Part shown: positions 1 through 6,336 of the stretch, piece by piece | Layout of the letters: the number at the start of each line of letters is the position of its first letter | Numbering within the stretch: the first letter of the stretch is position 1 | Virus record (IMG/VR): IMGVR_UViG_2648501669_000018 | Location: 1 to 11,456 of that record | Length of the DNA stretch: 11,456 bases | Direction: 5' to 3' (one strand) | From: a virus | Taxonomy: Duplodnaviria > Heunggongvirae > Uroviricota > Caudoviricetes | The notes under the pieces: model-generated | The model's input: only the letters and a program-made list of their open reading frames with translations | The model's database searches: none | Told to the model about the DNA's origin: nothing | Translations under genes and position numbers: made by a program

Positions 1-34
1 AAATATAGGGGCAAATCCAGAAAGTTCACCAGCC

Positions 35-77
35 AACCGCAGCACGTTCTTGCATACGACGTGCTGCGGTTTTCTTT
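35..77 (+). terminator. Rho-independent terminator (perfect 11-bp stem + T-run) ending an upstream plus-strand transcript
   Basis: Stem 37-47 ccgcagcacgt pairs perfectly with 59-69 acgtgctgcgg (11-nt loop), followed directly by ttttcttt at 70-77. A degenerate copy of the same ~40-bp module sits exactly 2700 bp downstream at 2731-2770. Confidence 0.6.
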
Positions 78-228
78 ATGATTTATGCACAATGGACAAT
101 TTGAAATTATTGATGATTGTATGGTGCATCGTTTTCTGAACCTACACTGATTTTTTGGTATAGCCTTGCCTAGCCAGTCTTACCGGATCAAACTCTTCGC
201 TATTGCAATACTAACCAAAATCATCAAT

Positions 229-257
229 TTGACAGCGATTAACCAGAATAATAGTAT
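229..257 (+). promoter_or_regulatory. Candidate sigma70 promoter for the diguanylate cyclase gene
   Basis: TTGACA at 229-234 (consensus -35), 17-bp spacer, TAGTAT at 252-257 (-10-like), in an AT-rich leader about 70 bp upstream of the ATG at 330. Motif match only. Confidence 0.3.
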
Positions 258-329
258 ACTATCACCAGTAAGAAATTATCGTTATTTGTAGCGATACATA
301 TTATATATATATCATTCTCAGGTGCGTAC

Positions 330-1661
330 ATGATTATCAAGCAGGTACCTATAAAAATAAAAATCTTCATCTTTTTATTTTCATGCATCTCTATTATATT
401 TTTGTTACTGCATGAAAATAATGGAATATACATAACACAAACAACACAAATAAGTTATAGTGTTTTCATTATTGGGCTTTTTTTCATAAACCTGATGATT
501 TTTATTTTTCTATTGCTTTACTATGTTTCTAATCAGAGACAAAGTTATCTCTTAATTCTTTCATTCGCGTTTTTGAGCAACACGTATTATTTATTAGAAG
601 TGGCTATTATTTCTTTATCTCCGTTAGGTAACGATTTATCTACAATCTATCAGAAATCAAATGATATCGCAATATATTATCTATTCCGTCAGTTCAGCTT
701 TATATCTATAATCTTTCTGGCTGTTTATTCCACCAATGTTAAAAATAAAAGTGTTTTAGAAGATAAAAGAAACATAATAATTGTTGTTTTGTCAATATTA
801 ATTCTTTTTATTACTCCGTTTGTAGCAAAAAATCTAAGCAGTGACAATATAAAATATAGTCTTAATATTATACAATACTCGCTGAATCGTCATTTGTCGA
901 CGTGGAATATCGTGTACACCAAAATAATATCAGTATTTTGGCTTGTATTACTTATCAGCTCATGCATCAGCATACGTAATTACTCAAAAATATGGTTGTG
1001 TATAATACTTATTAGTATAGTGTCAGTATGCAATAATCTAATTTTATTGTATTTTATTGATAAATCCCATCCTGCATGGTACATGACAAAATTTCTTGAA
1101 TTGATATCAATGATTTATATCATTTCAACACTCATGTATTATGTTTTCAGGAAATTAAATCATGCTAATCATATGGCAATTCATGATCCACTAACGAATA
1201 CATACAATAGAAGATACTTTATTGACTCATTGAAGAATATATCAAAACACCATGATTTCTCAGTAATAATGTTAGATATTGACAATTTCAAAAGCATCAA
1301 TGACAAATGGGGGCATCATATGGGTGATCAAGTCATAGTAATGGTTACCAGAATAATAAAAAAATCCATCAGGAAAGAGGATATATTAGGGCGCTTAGGC
1401 GGTGAGGAGTTCGGTATTATCATTAAAGGTAATACTCAAAAGCTCTTGCTATCAATTGCAGAGCGAATCAGAAAAAACATTGAAGAGCAATGCTCGGAAA
1501 AATTATTATCGCATGGACCTGAGAAAATAACTGTCAGTATTGGTTGCTTTACTTCAAAAGAGAATAATCTCAGTCCATCTGAAATGTTAGTCAATGCCGA
1601 TAAAGCGTTATATCAAGCCAAAAGAACCGGAAAAAACAAGGTGATAACTCACTCAAAATAA
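330..1661 (+). CDS. Membrane-anchored GGDEF-domain diguanylate cyclase (c-di-GMP synthase); possibly the prophage-associated dgcX
   Basis: 443-aa ORF with SD-like AGGTG at 319-323, 6 nt before the ATG. N-terminal ~270 aa is very hydrophobic with multiple predicted TM helices. C-terminus is a canonical GGDEF domain: DPLTNTYNRRYF, MLDIDNFKSINDKWGHHMGD (Asp at the base-specifying position, so GTP/c-di-GMP type), active site GGEEF, and an RxxD I-site (RKED) 5 residues upstream of GGEEF. The gene is strikingly AT-rich compared with the flanking tail genes, indicating foreign origin. Confidence 0.9.
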   Translation: MIIKQVPIKIKIFIFLFSCISIIFLLLHENNGIYITQTTQISYSVFIIGLFFINLMIFIFLLLYYVSNQRQSYLLILSFAFLSNTYYLLEVAIISLSPLGNDLSTIYQKSNDIAIYYLFRQFSFISIIFLAVYSTNVKNKSVLEDKRNIIIVVLSILILFITPFVAKNLSSDNIKYSLNIIQYSLNRHLSTWNIVYTKIISVFWLVLLISSCISIRNYSKIWLCIILISIVSVCNNLILLYFIDKSHPAWYMTKFLELISMIYIISTLMYYVFRKLNHANHMAIHDPLTNTYNRRYFIDSLKNISKHHDFSVIMLDIDNFKSINDKWGHHMGDQVIVMVTRIIKKSIRKEDILGRLGGEEFGIIIKGNTQKLLLSIAERIRKNIEEQCSEKLLSHGPEKITVSIGCFTSKENNLSPSEMLVNADKALYQAKRTGKNKVITHSK

Positions 1662-1690
1662 ACACCTTTTTAAAATACAGCCCCAATAAA

Positions 1691-1723
1691 CTGCAGAATA
1701 TTATCCCATATAATATCCTGCAG
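1691..1723. terminator. Imperfect inverted repeat between convergent genes; possible weak bidirectional terminator
   Basis: ctgcagaatatta (1691-1703) and taatatcctgcag (1711-1723) form a 13-bp stem with one mismatch. It lies between the cyclase stop (1661) and the tfa-relic stop (1735). On the minus strand it is followed by TTTATT. The stem is AT-rich and so of low stability. Confidence 0.25.
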
Positions 1724-1734
1724 TTCGTAATGCA

Positions 1735-2004
1735 CTATTCGATAATGGGTCCTGTTGGCCATTCAATATCCGGTGCAGTTGTTGTATTAACACGGTTCAG
1801 CAACACCCGATACTTCTTCCAGGCTTCCAGCAACGAGTTTTCTTCCTCCGTTGCGATCTCCAGATCTACAGCATCCTGAAGTGGCGCAATATGCTCACTG
1901 AATTCCTGGATGTAGAACTATGTGGTGACGGTCTTCCAGCCATTCGGCTCCTGCTGTATCGAAGCATACCAGGCTATTTCAATATCGCTATGCTGCGGCA
2001 GCAT
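1735..2004 (-). pseudogene. tfa: Tail fibre assembly (tfa) gene remnant, 3' portion with in-frame TAG
   Basis: Minus-strand translation gives ...[54 protein letters not shown], matching the C-terminus of lambda-type Tfa as I recall it. The 60-codon block (1738-1917) has no start codon and is preceded by an in-frame TAG (1918-1920). A short ATG-initiated stretch (from 2004) upstream is in the same frame. It is about 90% identical at nucleotide level to the second copy at 2806-2915. Confidence 0.7.
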
Positions 2005-2012
2005 TTAACCCC

Positions 2013-2041
2013 TTGTAATTCATCACCATAATTGATTTAAT
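2013..2041 (+). promoter_or_regulatory. Candidate sigma70 promoter (extended -10) for the methyltransferase gene
   Basis: TTGTAA at 2013-2018, 17-bp spacer, TGaTTTAAT at 2033-2041 (TGn extended -10 plus TTTAAT). The ATG at 2061 lacks a clear Shine-Dalgarno, so the transcript may have a very short leader. Confidence 0.25.
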
Positions 2042-2060
2042 TCACAAACAAAACTATAAC

Positions 2061-2729
2061 ATGGTGAAATTAATGAAAAAAAACACAGATGATGGGGCTA
2101 AAATTTACACACCACTTACCCTAAAGCTTTATGACTGGTGGGTTTTGGGAGTATCAAATCGGCTTGCATGGGGATGTCCTACAAAGGAACACCTTCTTCC
2201 ACACTTTCTGGAACATTTAGGTAACAACCATCTGGATATTGGTGTTGGAACTGGGTTTTACCTTACTCACGTACCTGAGAGTAGTCTGATATCTTTAATG
2301 GATTTGAACGAAGCTAGCCTGAACGCGGCATCTACAAGGGCTGGGGAATCAAAAATTAAACATAAAATTAGCCATGATGTTTTTGAACCTTATCCCGCGG
2401 CGTTACATGGTCAATTTGATTCCATTTCCATGTTTTACCTTCTTCACTGCCTGCCTGGAAATATATCTACAAAAAGCTGTGTAATACGCAATGCGGCGCA
2501 GGCCTTAACTGACGATGGAACTCTATACGGAGCCACAATTCTTGGCGATGGAGTTGTGCACAATAGCTTCGGTCAAAAACTGATGCGCATTTACAATCAG
2601 AAAGGCATCTTTTCAAACACAAAAGATTCCGAAGAAGGCTTAACACATATACTCTCAGAGCATTTCGAGAATGTTAAAACCAAGGTTCAAGGTACTGTAG
2701 TAATGTTTTCCGCTTCAGGGAAAAAATAG
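2061..2729 (+). CDS. Putative class I SAM-dependent methyltransferase (cargo gene, substrate unknown)
   Basis: 222-aa ORF. Motif I-like glycine-rich loop LDIGVGTGFY, followed by an acidic motif (ISLMDLNE) and a hydrophobic FDSISMFYLLHCLPG stretch, consistent with a Rossmann-fold methyltransferase. No convincing SD; an alternative start is the ATG at 2073 (MKKNTDD). Intermediate AT content and orientation opposite to the tail genes. Confidence 0.5.
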   Translation: MVKLMKKNTDDGAKIYTPLTLKLYDWWVLGVSNRLAWGCPTKEHLLPHFLEHLGNNHLDIGVGTGFYLTHVPESSLISLMDLNEASLNAASTRAGESKIKHKISHDVFEPYPAALHGQFDSISMFYLLHCLPGNISTKSCVIRNAAQALTDDGTLYGATILGDGVVHNSFGQKLMRIYNQKGIFSNTKDSEEGLTHILSEHFENVKTKVQGTVVMFSASGKK

Positions 2730-2730
2730 C

Positions 2731-2770
2731 ATCCAACCGCAGCTCGCTCTTGCTTAAGACGTGCTGCGGC
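2731..2770 (+). repeat. Degenerate second copy of the terminator hairpin module seen at 31-70
   Basis: atccaaccgcagctcgctcttgcttaagacgtgctgcggc aligns base-for-base with 31-70. The stem is reduced to 7 bp plus 2 and the T-run is replaced by cataatcc. It starts 2 nt after the methyltransferase stop. Confidence 0.6.
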
Positions 2771-2783
2771 ATAATCCCAATGA

Positions 2784-2966
2784 TTACTCCCTGACAGGGT
2801 TCGTAGGCCACTCAATATCAGGTGCAGTTGATGTATCAACACGGTTCAGCAACACCCGATACTTCTTCCAGACTTCCAGCAACAAGGTTTCTTCCTCCGT
2901 TGCGATTTCCAGCTCAACAACAGTCTGAACGTACCAGGAACAGCCTCCTTCAGGGCTTGAAGGATA
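2784..2966 (-). pseudogene. tfa: Tail fibre assembly (tfa) remnant (C-terminal 60 codons, no start codon)
   Basis: Minus-strand translation, immediately after and in frame with the stf TGA: [60 protein letters not shown]. No ATG/GTG/TTG start. An orphan strong SD (GAAGGAGG, minus strand, about 2941-2948) is followed by no start codon, consistent with a destroyed tfa initiation region. Confidence 0.7.
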
Positions 2967-5900
2967 TCAATGTTCGCTTCCTGTTAACTGCCCGACAAGT
3001 GCAACCAGTTCGCTTACCTGATTTTCCAGAGTGGTGATCCGGGTGCCTGCTGTTGCCAGATTTTCACGTAACGTTGTATTTTCCTCTTCCAGCGCGGTAA
3101 CGCGATCATCTGTTTCACGGGCGACCTGAACAAGTAACCCCGTCACGGCGGAGTAGTCAACATTAAGATAGCGAGTTTCTTCGCGTAGCTCGTTGCCGTC
3201 AACGGTCGGACCTTGCAACTCTTCACCATAATGAGTAAACGATCCCACAGCTTCAGGTATCGCCTCCATTACTTCCTGTGCAATAACGCCAGCATAAGGC
3301 ATTCCGTTTTCCTTGAGCGTGTAGGTGTACCCGTTCATTTTACGGATTGCTTTCGTAGCGTCGCTGATAACGCGAATATCGTCTTTAAGGTCGCGGTCTG
3401 ATGACTGATTCAGCGTTGTGCAATTAATAGCGCCATTTACATCAAACAACTGGCCTGCTGATGTTTTTTGCGCATAAAACAGATACGCAGCAGACGTTCC
3501 AACCTCAAAAACGTTTTGTCGATCACTTGATCCCCATACTTTTGCGGCAAATGATAGTTCTGTATTACCTAAGTTCTGTAAAACAAAACGATTTCCAGTC
3601 CCTGTTTGTTTTGTAAGAGTTAAATCAACAGTTGAGTTAACCTCATCCTTGTTGATAGTGAGCGCCTGTGCTTTAGCCCCGTTAACAGCACCTGTTTTGA
3701 GTTGAACCGCGCCGTCATTACCATTTAACAGTATCTCAGCTCCGCTAAAGAAATTTTTTAGCGACAGCATCTTACTTACGCCGACTGATGAACCCAACGC
3801 CCACGCGAGAGAATTACCGGTGCTATCAAACCCACGTACAAAGCAATCCATTTTGCTATAGTCTGACGTGCTTCCAAGGACATCAATTCGCCCTCCGCCA
3901 GATTTTACCGGGTTAGATGTGGTTAATGACCTGACAGCAAGATCGGTAGATGAATTGAGATCGTCTACTGTTAGTAATTTCTTCCATTCCTGCGTCGTTC
4001 CATTTTCAATTGTTCTTCCCCAAAAACCGGAATTGCGGCCTCCGAACTGCACAGCATAATTTTTACTAAATTGAACATGAATGCCGCCAAGAACCATAGA
4101 ACCTGCCGGGCCGTTTGTACTGCCTGCAATTGGTATAAATTTATTAATGTTATCAGTATGCTGCGTGTTCCAGTCTCGTCCTGTTTTTGTAAGCAGTCCT
4201 AATGTCGTGTCGAGCGCTTCGGTTAAAGTAAGGTTTTTAAATTTAACTGCGCTACTTTCGCCAAGACTTAAGTTGTTTCGCGCATCTTCTACTGTTGTCG
4301 CACCTGTACCTCCTTGCCCAACAGCTAATGGCAACCAGCCAGTGCCATTATGACAACCCCACAAACCAGATTTGGAAACCTGTAAGCGTGGTGCGCCTGA
4401 AGAATACGTAGAATATACGTAAGTTGTTTCTTTTCCCTCTTCAACCCTTTCTGTTGATACATCTCTCTTCCATTCAGACCAGGTACCGCTTCCTCCTTCA
4501 TATATTCGTCTATAAGTAATTCCCGGATTATTATAAGGGTAGTACACCTGAACGCAGGAAGAAGCAGTGTTGGCTCTCGTTTGGAGCACTATTAAAGCGC
4601 CCGCCAGACCGATTGGGTAATTTAATTCTTCTGTTGCGTAAGCGCTCGTTGGTTGTTGATAGAAACCAGAATATTCACCGGTAAGGGTGTTTAGGTCAGT
4701 ATTAGCAAGGCCAGCTTTTTGCTCATACATTACCCGCAAGTTCGCACGTGCTTGCTCGATAGTTCTTCCACCAGTACCGCCCTGGGCTAAACCTAACGGA
4801 GACCATTGTCCAGAAGAAGAATCATAAACTCCCCAACTCCCGTTAGTATGGATTTCAAAGAAACGATCACCAGTTGGACCATACATACGAGTTGTTGATT
4901 CATTTTGACCAAAGCGGCTTAATTCATCTCTGCGGGTATGACGTATCCATTGCGGGCCAGAACTTTGGCTGTAAATGTACGAATACAATGATTTTGTATC
5001 TGAACCAACAAATAGACCGGAATATCTTTTTGTTGACACTTCTGATCTAACTATATAACCAGAAATAAGATTATCACCGGCACTAGACGCTACTGATGGA
5101 TAACCTTTCGCTGAGATGTAAATCCTGACAAATCCAATATAACCTGATGGCTCAACAGAGATATCAGTGCAGGTCATGGCAACTTCACCAAGACCGATAT
5201 TATCGCCAACAATTACTTGCGCCTGGTTGCGATAATTAAGTGCGTCCGCCGCAGATTTCGCCGCGTTTGTTTCACTGGATTTAGCATTAGTTTCGCTGGC
5301 TTTAGCGTTGGTTTCGCTGCTCTTTGCTGCTGCCTCGCTATTTTTCGCGTTGGTTTCTGATTTTTTGGCTGCTGTCGCGGAGTTTGCCGATGCAGTTTGT
5401 GAGTCTGCTGCCGCCTGTGCGCTGTTATCCGCATTCGTCTCAGACGTTTTTGCGGCCTTCGCGGAATTTCCTGCCGCCGTTGCCGAGGAAGCTGCACTAC
5501 TGGCACTTGATGATGCGTTCGTTTCTGATGATTTCGCTGCCTCTTTTGAGGCCGCCGCATCCCGGGCTGAGGTGGCAGCTTCTGACGCTTTCGTGGTCGC
5601 GGTGGATGCAGAAGTGGCTGCTGATTGTTGTGATGCTGCGGCATTCGTTTCTGACGTTTTCGCCGCACCGGCACTGGTGGCTGCCGCGCTTTTTGAGGAC
5701 TCTGCAGCGGCAGCACTTTTTGATGCTTCAGTAGCCTTTGTTGATGCCGTTCCTGCGCTGGAAGACGCTGACTGAGCCGACGTCGCGGCCTGCCCGGCTG
5801 ATGTGCTGGCTGCACGTGCTGAGCCTGTAGCATCAGTCGCATGGGTTGCCGCCTCACGGGCTGATGTGCTGGCATCGCTGGCTGACTTCTTCGCGGCTGC

Positions 5901-6272
5901 CGTGTTCTGTGCCACTGCGGACGCGTTACGCGCCACCTCTTCCACCATCAGTTCAAAGCGGCGCAGTGCCTCCGGACGGGCATCATCCTCCGTCATGGCA
6001 CCGAGAAAATCATTCAGCGTACCCGGTTGTGAGTCTTCATACACGGTGATGGTCCCGGCATGCGATGGCGGGAAGCCTTCCACCAACAGAATAACGCTGT
6101 ACTGACCGTACTCAACATCCATGCTGTAACGCCCGGCTTCATCCGGATTTTCAGATGCCACCGTGTTCACCACCACCGTGGTGCTGTTACGTTTTGCTTT
6201 CAGCTGGATTGTGCAGTTCTGTACCGGTTTACCTGCACCGTCTTTCAGTACACCTGAAATCTTTACTGCCAT
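2967..6272 (-). CDS. stf: Side tail fibre protein (lambda Stf-like N-terminus; C-terminal intramolecular chaperone domain)
   Basis: The N-terminus MAVKISGVLKDGAGKPVQNCTIQLKAKRNSTTVVVNTVASENPDEAGRYSMDVEYGQYSV... closely matches lambda Stf as I recall it. The ORF track starts at a GTG (6278); the ATG at 6272 (MAVKIS) is the likelier start. It contains a long Ala/Ser/Thr-rich repeat region, two GQGGTG fibre-repeat motifs and a C-terminal S74-type chaperone domain. Stop TGA at 2967-2969. Confidence 0.9.
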   Translation of the reverse strand: MAVKISGVLKDGAGKPVQNCTIQLKAKRNSTTVVVNTVASENPDEAGRYSMDVEYGQYSVILLVEGFPPSHAGTITVYEDSQPGTLNDFLGAMTEDDARPEALRRFELMVEEVARNASAVAQNTAAAKKSASDASTSAREAATHATDATGSARAASTSAGQAATSAQSASSSAGTASTKATEASKSAAAAESSKSAAATSAGAAKTSETNAAASQQSAATSASTATTKASEAATSARDAAASKEAAKSSETNASSSASSAASSATAAGNSAKAAKTSETNADNSAQAAADSQTASANSATAAKKSETNAKNSEAAAKSSETNAKASETNAKSSETNAAKSAADALNYRNQAQVIVGDNIGLGEVAMTCTDISVEPSGYIGFVRIYISAKGYPSVASSAGDNLISGYIVRSEVSTKRYSGLFVGSDTKSLYSYIYSQSSGPQWIRHTRRDELSRFGQNESTTRMYGPTGDRFFEIHTNGSWGVYDSSSGQWSPLGLAQGGTGGRTIEQARANLRVMYEQKAGLANTDLNTLTGEYSGFYQQPTSAYATEELNYPIGLAGALIVLQTRANTASSCVQVYYPYNNPGITYRRIYEGGSGTWSEWKRDVSTERVEEGKETTYVYSTYSSGAPRLQVSKSGLWGCHNGTGWLPLAVGQGGTGATTVEDARNNLSLGESSAVKFKNLTLTEALDTTLGLLTKTGRDWNTQHTDNINKFIPIAGSTNGPAGSMVLGGIHVQFSKNYAVQFGGRNSGFWGRTIENGTTQEWKKLLTVDDLNSSTDLAVRSLTTSNPVKSGGGRIDVLGSTSDYSKMDCFVRGFDSTGNSLAWALGSSVGVSKMLSLKNFFSGAEILLNGNDGAVQLKTGAVNGAKAQALTINKDEVNSTVDLTLTKQTGTGNRFVLQNLGNTELSFAAKVWGSSDRQNVFEVGTSAAYLFYAQKTSAGQLFDVNGAINCTTLNQSSDRDLKDDIRVISDATKAIRKMNGYTYTLKENGMPYAGVIAQEVMEAIPEAVGSFTHYGEELQGPTVDGNELREETRYLNVDYSAVTGLLVQVARETDDRVTALEEENTTLRENLATAGTRITTLENQVSELVALVGQLTGSEH
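2970..3401 (-). other. C-terminal intramolecular chaperone / auto-processing domain (peptidase S74-like) of the tail fibre
   Basis: Last ~144 aa: SDRDLKDDIRVISDATKAIRKMNGYTYTLKENG...GVIAQEVMEAIPEAV...coiled-coil tail. This matches the hallmark S-D-x-x-L-K cleavage motif and the GYxY / IAQE core of chaperone domains in endosialidase and T5 L-shaped fibre proteins (recalled from family knowledge). Confidence 0.7.
5216..5906 (-). repeat. Low-complexity Ala/Ser/Thr-rich repeat region inside stf (K-S/T-SETNA-type repeats)
   Basis: Protein segment of about residues 125-355 is almost entirely A/S/T/K/E with reiterated ...KSSETNA... units. The DNA shows reiterated gcgttggtttcgct-like units. This compositional bias creates several spurious overlapping ORFs on both strands. 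Confidence 0.75.
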
Positions 6273-6283
6273 ATTCACCCCAC

Positions 6284-6309
6284 AAAAAAGCCCGCCTGAA
6301 CCGGCGGGC
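6284..6309 (-). terminator. Rho-independent terminator downstream of lom (minus strand)
   Basis: Minus strand reads AGCCCGCC-ggttca-GGCGGGCT followed by TTTTTT (plus-strand aaaaaa at 6284-6289). The stf start codon lies only about 12 nt beyond the T-run. Confidence 0.6.
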
Positions 6310-6336
6310 TGTCATAACACTGTGTTACCTGGCTAA

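Noticed and set aside
239-433. 64-aa minus-strand ORF overlapping the cyclase start
   Set aside because: AT-rich artefact antisense to the promoter and 5' end of the cyclase gene; no SD and no recognisable features.
1757-2915. Diversity-generating retroelement (template/variable repeat pair at the 3' end of a tail fibre gene)
   Set aside because: The mismatches between the two repeat copies are not adenine-specific, both copies are tfa-derived and lie outside the fibre ORF, and no reverse transcriptase is present in the window.
1735-2966. Invertible tail-fibre segment (Mu G / P1 C type host-range switch)
   Set aside because: The two tfa-derived repeats are direct, not inverted, and no invertase gene is present.
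2822-3037. 71-aa plus-strand ORF
   Set aside because: Antisense to the tfa relic and the 3' end of stf; the minus-strand reading gives recognisable Tfa and Stf sequence.
3213-4353. Plus-strand ORFs of 62, 63 and 90 aa
   Set aside because: Antisense within stf; no independent support.
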